Assembly (NCBI GenBank): GCA_036172245.1
Contig: JAYWIR010000012.1
Span: 3,906,001-3,970,000 of the forward strand
DNA length: 64,000 nucleotides
Reading direction: 5' to 3'
Origin: Raillietiella orientalis
Taxonomy: Eukaryota
Shown: piece after piece, positions 1 through 10,879 of the stretch
Layout of the letters: each line of letters starts with the position of its first letter
How positions within the stretch are numbered: position 1 is the first letter of the stretch
Translations under genes and position numbers: made by a program
The notes under the pieces: model-generated
The model's database searches: none
Told to the model about the DNA's origin: nothing
The model's input: only the letters and a program-made list of their open reading frames with translations

Positions 1-205
1 GGGATCCGGCGATCTGGAGCGACGACACCCAACAAGAGGAGGGACGAGAAGAATTCCAGTTTAGCAACCAAGGGGAACTCTGGAACAGTGGGGGTTGCAT
101 TCCAAAGCAGGCGGGCTAGCTTTGCGAAAAGAAGCATCTGAAAAGAACGAGAGGTAAAAGAAATGGGGAGATGGGAGGGTGGGTCTGCGGAGGAGAAGGA
201 ATCAG

Positions 206-915
206 TGCCCGCGTCGAGGGCCACGTGGCTGCTGAGGTCTCCGCGCGTGGCACCACCAAGTGCCGCGGGTTCGAATCCTCGGCCAAAGAATTGCCACCGA
301 GAGATGGGGTGAGGGCGTAGTAGGTGCGAGTTCCTCCCGCGAGATGGAGATGGTTGGCCTGCATTCATTCGGGTGCGGCACTGGTAGCGGTTCAAACCGG
401 ATGCCCCGATGAGTGGCTGGGATTAGGAGTGGACCTCCGGGTCCTTCCAGGAATCAAGGAGTAGGAGTGCCTCTCTGTTGTGCAAAGGAGCGGATCCCCC
501 TTCGAAAGGTAACCTCCGTGTCGTATCATGGAGTAGGTGTATCGCTACCTCCCTAGAGCTCAGAGAAGCTCCTTTTGGGAATCCCCCCTCAGAGGAATCG
601 GGAAGAGTCCCTTCGGGGTTCCCTTCAGATAGAAAAAATGGAGCGGACTCCTGCGAGAGTCCCTCCGGAGAGGATAAACAAGGAGATTTTTCTACGGGGT
701 TCCCATCGGAGATAACCAGGGTGGAGGTGTTCCTCTCCTTGATAGGAATGGACTCCGAGCCGTCCTGGATGCATGGAGTGTGATCTCCTCCCGGGGTACT
801 CTCTATCCTGAAGAGTTGACACGCACCCTAGGGTGGAACAGCGTCAAAGAGCTGAGTGAGCCGTCGCCAGGGGTGCGACGGCTCTTGAGGTACTCAGCAA
901 ACCAAAAAAAGAGAA
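206..915 (+). mobile_element. tRNA-derived SINE, apparently full-length copy (family 'S')
   Basis: The head has a B-box-like GGGTTCGAATCC (~267-278). The body aligns by eye to 15378-16066, to 3178-3353+4333-4850 and, as reverse complement, to 31655-32250, 51325-52530 and 57725-58300. It ends in an A-rich tract (~899-915). Confidence 0.8.
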
Positions 916-1399
916 AGAAGGCAGTCTACAGTTGGCCTTGGAAACCACCCCTCTGGAAACGTGAGGTCCTTCTCCCGTCATGTTTTCTCAAGTCGCCAAA
1001 GCGACCGCCGTCCTCCAGAGAAGAGACCCCATCCAAACGGAAGGATGGCCTTCAGGCAGAAGACACGAACCGCTCTCCCACGCTGCTGGGAAGTCCGGGA
1101 CCCACGTTGGGCACAGCAGGTGGGGTGAAGAGATGAGCAGCACGGCAGCCGCCGCTGCGAACCGACGAGGCAGTTTCCGGGAACAAGAAGTGTCCTCAAG
1201 AGAGATCGTGCAGTGACATCAGAGGTGCCTTAAGATTCCAAAAAGGCGATGGCGGAGCTTCTGCGGTGGGAACGCCCTCCCGCAGCCAGAAACGATGGTG
1301 AAAGCGTTTGGTCAGCCCCCGTCCACCTGCGTGGTCCTCGATCCCCTTGGGTCAAATCCCTGAAGTGGATGCTGAATCGCTTGCTTTGGTTATCGACGA

Positions 1400-2850
1400 T
1401 GGTCTGACCACCTTTTCGTGAGTCAACTGCGTTTGCTGTTCAAGGTAGAAGTCACTTACTGTCATTTCTCTGAAGATTGGGAACAACTGTTCAGAGGCTG
1501 AGCCTCATGGATCTCTCTGCCGCACCAGATCCCAGGATCTCACCGGGGTACAGTGAGTAGTAGCTGGGTACACGACAGCATCCATACGCGTCCAGCTGCG
1601 TACTCTTCCCCTTTTGACGAGAACAAAATGTTTCGACACTCGGAGCATGCTCGGAACTCGATACCCCACTCTCATGATGGAACGAGTGAACGCTTTCGTC
1701 TCGTGGTAGCTCGCGAACAGTGCCGAACACTGCCATCGAATGTGCCTCCCGAATCGTTCCCCCTTTTTGTGCTTTCCGTGCATGGTGAGAGTTTATCGTG
1801 GGTCCTAAAATGCTCGAAAATGATACCACGAAGTCTAGAAAGGAACTCGTTTGGTACTCGTCGGTTTCGACACTCGTCACGAGCTCCGGAACGAATTACC
1901 GAGGAGCATCGAAGTGCCACATTGTATTTGCAGCAGCCACCACCCGGATCTGTCCCTACGGCGAATCCAAGAGAGAGCACCGTCGTCGTCCTCCTGCGCT
2001 CCTTGACTCCAAGAACCAGCTACCCTGCGACGCGGGAGTGCCAGAGGGCGGGAATGGAGGGGGTGACTCGGAGTTGGGTGTGGCTGCCGCTTGAGAGCCA
2101 CGCGCCTCAAGGGCCAAGCCTGCTTCGCCAGGCGGTTGGTCAGCAGGCCTCAGTTTTCATGACCATGATTCTGTTGTCCAAGCCAAACGGCGTCCTCAGC
2201 GCGGGCTAGACCATCGTCGCAAGAGCCCCACGTTTGGTTCCTCCCACATCCTCGGTTCTGCCTAGCGAAATTTGCCCACCCTCAAAAACAGCCGGAGGTG
2301 ATGAGTCTCCAGCCCCGCCCTTCCCGGAAGCGAGGGCGGGACGCGAGGGGAGAGGTGGAGAGGGAAAAACAAAAAGGCGAACTTCGTCCGTCCGCCGGGT
2401 TGCTCCGGTAGCCCAGGGCTTCAGACGGGGACGTCGCAGCTCGACTTTCTTCCCAGAGTAGCCCACAGCAGGAGGAGTATCGATTCGCATCCCGGGACTC
2501 CGCTAGCCTTCGAACCAGCCCGTCACCCTTCTTTCCCTCAACCTCCCCCTCCTCCCAGCGAGTGCCGACCGGACGGTCGCGTCTCTCGTGGCAACCGAGC
2601 TGGAGGCTTCCCAGGAGACGATCGACGGGCTGAGCCCGAAACCGGTTTCCCCTCCCGTGCCGGGTGATCCGGCTGGACGTCTTCGCCGGACCTCCTTCTC
2701 CTTGGGGACGCGGTCCCCCGACGGGAAGTTGACCCGACCAAACGGAGTCCCGTCCGACGCGGGGCGCGGCTCCCCCTCCCCCCCCCAATCTGGGAGCTCC
2801 AGCACGTTGAAGCGCACTCGCCTCTCAATGGTGTGCATCTCGGTCTTTCG
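1400..2850 (-). mobile_element. Decayed L1/Tx1-type ORF1 (gag-like) fragment
   Basis: Frameshifted minus-strand peptides LGFAV/GQIRVV..HFD, MAVFGTVRELPRD, RVPSYYSLYPGE and AQPLNSC resemble the RRM-to-zinc-knuckle layout of Tx1 ORF1. Motifs are degenerate and boundaries rough. Confidence 0.35.
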
Positions 2851-3177
2851 AGGATTCTCTGAAGAGGAACCCCCCTAGCGTTTTTCCGGGATCGCCTGCA
2901 TTTTCCCTGACCCGGCCACCGCCCACACGTGAATGCGTTGCTCGCGGATGTAAAGAGAAAAAAGGAGATGGCAAAGAATTCAGGGGAGGAAGGCGAATCG
3001 AACCATCAGCAGCTCGAGTTTCGCCGGTGAGGTGGGGGGAGGAGGAAGGGGGGGGGGTAGCTGGAGCTCGAGCAAGCTGAAAGAGAAGCAAAGCGCCATC
3101 TATTAGCAAGAATCTGTTCGAGAAGCTGGTAGGACGGCTCTCCCGTACACGAAACCCTCCAACACGGTGCGGCTACA

Positions 3178-3353
3178 GTCCGCGTGGCTGCAATCTCTCC
3201 GCGCCACGTAGCACCAAGCGTCGCGGGTTCGAATCCCGTCCGGGGGAAGGATAGACGCAGAGAAGTGAGGAGTGCGTCGTTATGTGTTTCGAGCATCCCA
3301 CGCAAGATGACTCTGGTTGACCTTATAGGCTACGGGTGAGGTGGCACTGGTGG
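3178..3353 (+). mobile_element. SINE family S, 5' part (head), interrupted by a LINE insertion
   Basis: T-arm GCGGG-TTCGAAT-CCCGT at ~3223-3239. The downstream sequence (CGAGCATCCCACGCAAGATG...GGCACTGGTGG) matches 327-388. Confidence 0.75.
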
Positions 3354-4332
3354 CACCCGGTCACTCTGGGGCGTTTATTTATAAAACAAACTTACACGTC
3401 TGCGGCAGGACGTTTGATTCTGCCACGTTACTAATAACTACGAGAAGAAACCTGCCGAGAATCGGCACTCAGGACAGTAGGGTTCGTCTCGGCAGCACAG
3501 GGGAAGGAAAGACAAACAAAACGAAAAAAGAAAAAAACGAAAAACATGCACTCGAAAAATTGGGAGAGCTTGGGAAGGGATCACCTGGTTTCTGGGGTGC
3601 GTGCTCTGCATCCTTGTAAGGATGCCGGCAAGTTCCTGTTTCAAGACCCAGACGGGGCCATCTTGACTCTGTCCTCATGAAGAGGACAACAAAGTATATG
3701 GCGTCTTTATCATTCTGGCCTCCTCTGGAGTTGCTCCATGCAGCCACGATCCCGCCCCGTGGACAGCAGAGGGCTGCTTGAGATGCGGGTAGCATGATGG
3801 CGTTTCGCAGGAAGATGCGCTTCGGAATGTCTCTGGAGTTGCCCTTAGGGTTGCGCAGGAACTCAGCAAAACGTTTTCACAGGGAATGGAGGAAAAAACA
3901 GTCCACTAGTAGGGGCGGGAGCGATTCATGTCCTCGCATCTGGCACAGTCCCGGTCCACCCATCCTCCGTGTCCAGTGATGGCAGCGGGCGTTGCACGGT
4001 AGCCCCCGTGCAGCAGCATCAATGCCGACCGCTTCTACTTTAAGAGGAGGGTGCGGGTGTTCATGAAGCACCAGAGGCCACTGCAGGTTTTCCTCCAGTA
4101 TACCCAGTAGCACGCCCCAGCGCAAAAGTCCAGGGGGTCGAGCACTCGGGGTCGCAGCGTCGTTCAGCTTGCCCGTCGTCCACTCGCCCAGTCCTCTTAT
4201 CCTTCCGGAGATTTCCACAGTAACCTTCCATCTAGCCGCAAGGCTGCTGCCCGTTTGTTCCCTAAGAGAGGGCAGGGCGGCGAAGGAGGGTCTGTTGGCT
4301 CGCGCACTCTTCGCGGGATCTTCCAGGATCTC
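3354..4332 (-). mobile_element. 5'-truncated Tx1/L1-clade LINE (ORF2 C-terminus + 3' UTR), copy F
   Basis: Peptides PPGLLRW, GLPCNARCHHW, ESLPPLLVDC (zf-RVT-like) and ELAGILTRMQ. T-rich 3' UTR ending AATAAACGCCCCAGAGTGACCGGGTG. Imperfect TSD AGGTG(--)GCACTGGTGG (3339-3353) / AGGTGCGGTACTGGTGG (4333-4349). Confidence 0.85.
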
Positions 4333-4850
4333 AGGTGCGGTACTGGTGGAAGATAGAAACTCCCGAATGATCCCAATGACTGACTGGGATTGCAATTCGA
4401 CCCATCCGGGGTTCTTCCATGAATCAGGTTGCCGTGCCGCCCCCCCTCCCCCATCCCCTTCTCTGGGAGGGACCCTCCATTGCGTGCCATGGAACTGATT
4501 GATGTCCCTCGAGTTGTGCAAGAAGCGCGCCGCGCCCTTCGGGGAGCACCCTCTAGAGAAATCGGGAAGAGTCTCTACGGCGTTCTCTTCAGAGGAGTAC
4601 ACCGGGAGCGGATCCTTTCCAGGGAGTCCCTCCGGATAGAACAAGGAAGAGGAGGTTTCCTTCGGGGTTCCTCTCCCAATCTTAAGAGGGACGGACTACT
4701 CCTCTGTAGCCTTCCTGAGTTCATAGGGTGCGCCTTCCGGGCTCACCCCCTACAATTCTAAAGCTCAACACGCACCTTTGGATAGCGTGCTCAGCGTCAA
4801 AGAACTTCGTGAACCCTCCCCCAGGAGGCGGACAGTTCTTTGGCACCTAC
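4333..4850 (+). mobile_element. SINE family S, 3' part of the copy starting at 3178
   Basis: Resumes where homology to the 206-915 copy stopped (GGTGCGG.ACTGGT). Carries CCTTCGGGG hairpins and the conserved ACACGCACC...CAGCGTCAAAGA block. Confidence 0.8.
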
Positions 4851-5149
4851 AGGGCATATGATTTTTCGCTACACCCACGCCCCGCCCATCACTACCTACC
4901 CTTTTAGCACGTCATTACTTGTCTCCTTCCTTGTGTGTCTCCAGATCGAGTTCCCCGTCCGCCTTGCGAAAACGATACTTCGTTTCCATGGAAACGACCA
5001 GTGTAAAAATTTCCCGGAATCCACCGTAGCCACACTTTCAGCATTCCTTACCCATCTTTAAAGGTCAGCGTCTTTTACCTTTGCGGATTCACTAAACCTT
5101 CGTTGCTAAGAGACGAATGCAGTTCGCCAGCAACCAGCCTCCTCGACCG

Positions 5150-5360
5150 GGGAGGAACCATTGGTCAGAAGCATTAGAGACGGGGAAGGGGAGGGGGCGG
5201 GAAGGAGAAATGACGCGTCTTCCCTCGCTCGCGAGCACGCTGCTTCCTCACACCGTCTGGGTTGACGAGGAGATGGCGGACGTCTCCTCCTCCTCCCGTC
5301 AGCCAGGCGCAGTCCCGCTCGCGTCGCCCTTGGGCTCGGTATCGGGGCAGAGCAGGTGAT
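5150..5360 (+). promoter_or_regulatory. Possible Pol II promoter and first exon in a CpG-rich stretch
   Basis: ATTGG (reverse CCAAT, ~5160), GGGGCGGG GC-box (~5194), AGATGGCGG start/YY1-like context (ATG 5273) and a possible donor CAG|GTGAT (~5356). These short motifs could be chance. Confidence 0.2.
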
Positions 5361-8300
5361 GCCCCCCGCGCGCCACCACCTCCGGAGCGACGTGCACGCC
5401 GGCTGCTGGTGGTGGCAGAACCTCTGTTGTCTCCTGGAGCAACGGAGCGTGGCGGCGTGCCTCGTCCCAGGGAGCAGGTCCAGGGACGCTCCCGAGACCC
5501 CGGAGGTCGCGCCGCATTTCCACTCTTCCCGAGCTCACCTTACGAGGCGAGCTGCCCTTACACGCCCCGTGTCTCAATTCCTCCGCGGAGTAAGAGTAGA
5601 GCATGAGGGCAGCCCAGAAGAAAAACGCCGGCCACCCGAGGCAACGGCAAATTTCCTCCGTCCACAGGGGACGCGGGAACTCGGAAAACAACAACGGAAA
5701 ACATCCGTGAGCGGATAAACGCCAATTTTTTTTTTTTTTGTTTGCAAGGACGCAAGCGCTTGCGCCCCGATGAGAATGCAGCGCCACCTGAATTTTCTTC
5801 TGCATCGAGGAAGAAGCGAGTCCAGACAGCAATGCGGAAAGTGGGAATCGCCTCAACGGTTTGAACCATGGTCGTGCCGAAAACCGGAAAGAAAAGCTTC
5901 CGACGTCTTCCCGGCAGCCTTCCGACTGGTTTCGTCCTCTCCCACTCGCTGGTGTGGAGTACGGCGCATTCCACGTACTGAGAGCAGCTGAATACACGAG
6001 ACTCCCCTATAACGCGGGGAGCGCGTTCCACCTTAATGGATTACACCGAACGATAACATAATAATATTTATAAATAATATGTTTCTTCACCAACGTAGTG
6101 AGTATGAGTATTCATTTTGCTTCAAGGAGAAAAGGAAGAATAGAGGCGCTTATTTGTTCTTTAATCGAAAGTGAAAGAGTTTGGCTGATACCTAATCAAC
6201 TTATAAAGAGCTTCACTATTCTCGTTGTTGGAAGGAAGAATCTTCCTGAGCTATGCCGTTCACGAAGAAGCTTGAGAAGAACAGAATCGACTCGAAAGTG
6301 TTCCCATTTCCTTTCAAGAGCAACCGAACGAGCGCCAAACCGCAAAATCGAAATGCGTGGATAGTGTTGCGCGGTGCAACGTTATACGAGTTCCATAGCC
6401 ACTTTTCCGTGGTGACGTGCGAAACCGCATCAAGAGGACTCCTGCTCTCCACTTTCTGATGGAACGGACGCGTCGAAAGGATTTGTGTTGACCTGCTGGT
6501 GTCCTCACTCGAATCGCACAAGGACAAAGAGCGAAAATCGGTCGACTACGCTCGCGGCGCTAGGGTCATTCCGTGACTGTTGGAGCGCCTTTTGCTGCTG
6601 CCTTCCCCCCTTCCTCTCTCGCAGCCGCTTAGGAGGGCCGAGGGGCCCATTCACCGTCAGAACAATCCGCTCTGATTGGGAGCTTTTGAAAGCGGCGCAG
6701 CGAGGGTGGTCCCAGGCGGGGAAGAGAAACGGAACGGCACTCAGGTCGCTGCGAGCACTACGGCCCTTCACCGAATTCCAGAAGTCCTCGCAGCCCCTCG
6801 CGGGACCATCGCGAGGTCGCGTCGCCGAGGTCTCCCGACGCCGGACACCTTTGCAGTCCTCCGGCCTTGCACCTCGCCCCAATTTTGCCGGAAAACCGCT
6901 GCGGCCTCGGTGATGGCGGCGCACCCAGTCTGGCGCGAATTCGCTCGGGTTTTTCCCTCCGCGCCTCCACGCCGTAGCCAGCGGAGGAGATGTGGCGGCG
7001 GCGGGCTGTGCAGCCAGGAGAGGAGTCAGCTCTGGTGGTCACTGGAATTTTCAAAGATTCTTCCGCCATCGCGTTGGGCCTGCCCGCCATCCAACGTCCC
7101 GGGCGGATTTTCCGTCCAGGCGATGGGAGGATGCGAAGCAGTGACCAGTGGCGTAGGCAATGGGCGAGGTCGGCAGAGAGAATCCCTTCGACTTGTCGAC
7201 GGCTACCCCAGGTCCTCGTACGAGGCTACCGACGTCTCCACGTGTCGTGGAGGACGGCTGGAGGATTGGTGGCGGCAACCACAACCTAGGCCCCTACTGA
7301 ATCCGCAAGGGAGCCGGGCCCAGCAGTGGTCAGCTCGGTGGAGTATGAAGTCTTCAGCTCCCTCGGGACCTCGTTGCCGTTCCGTTGCCCCCGCTCCTTC
7401 CTTCCTCTTCCAGGAAGCTACCTGAGAAACATTAGGTGCAGTCGGAGCCAGTCGGTGCTAGGCGTCCGACCAGAAGGTGGGCCCACATCAGCCCCAGAAT
7501 ACTTGGAGATGATGCAAGTATTCTGGGGCCAGCGTCACGACATCGTTCGCATACACAGTTGGTGTGGCGTTGACTGGATAGCCGAGCTGGGTTTGCTTCG
7601 GAATCCCCTACGTTTCGGTACTTCAAGTACCTTGGTTAAACAACCGGGTATGCGGAGGCATTTATTTAAAAAAAAAAAAAAACATGTGTAGGTCCATCGC
7701 CCTACAAGGTCCGAGAATGCTCGGAATCTGCCAAGTAAACGGCTTGCAGTCCGGCCAAGTTCGCCTCCGCAGCGGAGGGGAAGGGGGCGAACAGAAATCA
7801 AACGAAAAAATGTATACAAAAAAATTGAGAGGGCACGGGAAAGGATCACTATCCGCTGGAGGGCATCCTCTGCATCCTTTCCAGGATGCCGGCAATTCCC
7901 TTCCGAGTATGCTCCGGACGGGGCCATCTTGCTGCCGTCCGCAGGAAGCGCAGGGCGAAGCAGATGGCATCCCCATCGTGCCGTCCTCCTCTCGCGTGGC
8001 TCCAGGCCGCCGCAAACCCGCGTAGGCAGCAGCAAGGAGCGGCTGGGGATGCGGCAGGCGAAAGGGCATCGCGCACGAACAGGCGCTTCATCACGTGCCT
8101 GGGATTGTCGGTCGGTGCACCAAGGGCCGTTGAGCAACGCGAGCTCAGGGGCTGGAGGGCACAACACAGTCTACGAGCAGGTGCGGTAGCTGGGATTCCC
8201 GTTCCACGCACCTCCAACAACTCGGATCCCCCCACATCCTCCCGGGTCCAGTGGGAGCGGAGGACGTTGCACGGGATACCCCGATTCAACAGCAGGACTG

Positions 8301-9753
8301 CCGATTCCTGTCGCTTCAGGGGGAAGGCCCGGTTGCCTTCTTTAGCTGTGGGAGCCACTCGATATCTTCCTGTGGGATTGCCAGCAGATCACCCCAGCTC
8401 CAGAGTCCTTTCGTTGGGGCACTTGGAGTCTCAGCGTTCGCTAGCTAGCCACCTAGTTCCCTGGTCTTCTGACTGAATTCGCAACCGACCTCCCATTCGA
8501 CCCAGTGACTAGTGCCCAGGTGCTCCCTGAGGGAGGGCAGTGCCGCGACAAGGGAGGTTGTTTGCGCCTACGCACACGTCGTGGTGGGCTGCGCGATGAC
8601 GTCCTGCGGCGAGCGGCTTTTGCAGAAGGGGTGCAGCGGTCGCTGCCGCATCTCCGCGCTGGCTTCCTTGTTCTTGGCCCACGTGCGAACGGTTTCCTGC
8701 AGCCTGGCACTACCGTTGTCGGGCCGGCAGAAGATCCAGCTGTTGGTCCTGGTCATCTTGGCCACTGGCCGCAGCTCCAGTGCGCAGCGGCACACGTTGC
8801 ATCTGCGTCGTCGCGCCAGGAACGAAGACAGTCCTGCGTAGCCGGTGGCTCGCTTGACCAGGTATCGCGCAGACTCGCACCAGTTCGTGCTCCAAAGCTT
8901 CGGCACTAGGGCAGGGGACTTCGCCACTGGAGCTGCCGCACCAGGCGCTCCAGAGTCAGGGGACCGAGACCTCCGTCGCGACGCGGAGCGAATTCCTTCA
9001 GGCGGACTCGGGGCCTCCCTGTGCCCCACAAGGCGATTCTCAGGAGGTCCTTCGTCCGCCTTTTAATGCTACTCGGTGGGGAGCAAACAAAAAGCAGGGG
9101 ACGGAGGAGGGGGGCCACAAACGGATTCCACACCGCGGGCTTGTACCGGCAAGAAAAACTTACCATCACGGAACGGGCCGATCGCCGACTCTGCTTTCTG
9201 GAGGCAGCTGAACTACGCCTCCGCCGGAGAATAATTCCCCAACGGTACACCGAGGTACTTAAAGTACCGTACCGTGAGGATCCCCAAGCGGACCTAGTCC
9301 TGCTGTCCTGCCCATGCTGCTCCGAATACTGCCACGGACGACTTAGTCCTGTTCGCCTCGATTTCTGTCCCATGGCTTAGCAGCTAGAAGAAAAATTAAA
9401 GTGCCGACGCCGGAGTGGACATGAGAAGCAGCAGCAAAAGATAGTCCGCATTCGCCGACACAACAGGTGTGCCTGGGCACGCACGTGGCAGGCAAGCCAG
9501 AGTCTTCTAGTACGCCTTCAGCACCAACTCGAAGTAGGTGCTCAAGAGCAAGGGGCTCAGGCTGTCGCCTTGCCGTACTCCTCAGCACACCGGCACACCG
9601 TACACGTTTTGTTCTCTGAAAGAAATGCTGGTCAGCGCGTGGCTCCAGTAGGAGCGCCGAAAGGTCATTAAAGAGGCCGGGAAGCTCATGGATTCCAGGA
9701 GCTCCAGAAGAAGTTCCTCTTCGACGCAGTCGAATGTTGCAGCCCTGGGTACT

Positions 9754-9948
9754 CACAAGTTTTCTTTTTGTTTATTTTTTTTGTTTATCCCCCTTCCCCC
9801 TGCTGCCGTGGTGGACCCTACCGGTCTGAGAACCGGTGACCCGGCAGACTCTGTGTTTCTTCGTGTGTGGCTGGAGCTGGTCCAGCCACAGCACGTCTTT
9901 GTTACAGTTTATTTTTAAATAAACGCCCTGGCGAAATCCGGGTGAAAA
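9754..9948 (+). mobile_element. 3'-UTR-only Tx1 insertion (copy E)
   Basis: T-rich tract, then AATAAACGCCCTGGCGAAATCCGGGTGAAAA. Flanked by a 24-bp direct repeat with 22/24 identity (9730-9753 / 9949-9972). Homologous to 10408-10605. Confidence 0.85.
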
Positions 9949-9955
9949 TCGAATG

Positions 9956-10605
9956 TTGCAGCACTGGGGACTACCCTGCAACGCCCGCCGACACCATTGG
10001 ACCTGGGGAGCGGTGAACCTCAATTGGGTTAGGTGTGGGGAACGGGAGTCCCTCCCCCACCTACTTGTGGATTCTGTTGACCTCTGGCTCCTTTGGCTAC
10101 GCTTTGCCGCGCCCATCGGAATCCCCTGCGGCAATCCCAGGGACGCCTTAAAAGCCCTCTTCGTTGCCGACGCCCTTCGGCCTGCGGCCTCGTTAGCAGC
10201 CCTATGCTGCCTTCGCGGGATCGTCGCCGCTTGGAGCAAGGCTACGGGAGGACCTCGCGATAAGGGTGCCATCCAGCACGCCGCCGAATTTTTGAGGAGG
10301 GCGTCGCGATGGCCCCACCTGAATTCTGGAATACAGAAAGAGCTCGCCGGCATCTTGCGAAGGATGCAACGGCCCCAGCAGCAACAGTGATCCCTTCCCG
10401 TACCCTCCCAAGTTTTCTTTTCTTTTTGTTTAGTTTTTGTTTTCCCCCTTCCCCCTGCTGCCTTGGTGGACCGTACCGGTCTGCGAACCGGTGACCCGGA
10501 AGGCTCTGTGTTTCTTCTTGCGTGGCTGGAGCACTGGTCCAGCCACAGCACGTCTTTGTTAGAGTTTGTTTTTTAATAAACGCCCCGACGAAACCCGGGT
10601 GAAAA
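9956..10605 (+). mobile_element. 5'-truncated Tx1 copy D inserted antisense into RT motif 3 of copy A
   Basis: ORF 9953-10390 (HWGLPCNARRHHW, RCGERESLPHLLVD, ELAGILRRMQ) plus 3' UTR. TCGAATG occurs on both sides (9949-9955, 10606-10612). Confidence 0.9.
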
Positions 10606-10879
10606 TCGAATGCTTTGCGCAAGTCGACTGCGACCGCAAGGGGTCCCTCACTTCCTCCCGAGCATTCCGCTTACCACCAGCGAACATCTCGGAATTCGGG
10701 GTGCCGACCGTGTTCCCTTCGTTCGCTCTTCTCCCCTGGAACTCGAACCAGGTTTCGCGAAGAGCAGGCTGGCGTCCATGCTCAGCCTGGGAACAGCGTA
10801 GGTCTGTTCCGGGCTAATCACGGACTCTTCCACCCGCCCCAATAGCTCCGACCACAGTTTCGCCAGCAACTTGGCGTCC

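Noticed and set aside
805..860. Hammerhead ribozyme in the SINE (CTGAAGA + stem; also on the minus strand near 15840-15870)
   Set aside because: The required GAAA after stem II and the CUGANGA core are not conserved across copies.
3877..4644. 255-aa ORF as a gene
   Set aside because: Chimeric: the antisense SINE body reads through the TSD junction into a Tx1 ORF2 tail.
6990..7450. Possible CR1/L2-type ORF1 fragment (LVVTGIF..RIFRPG..QVLVR)
   Set aside because: The motifs are too short and degenerate to support without a profile search.
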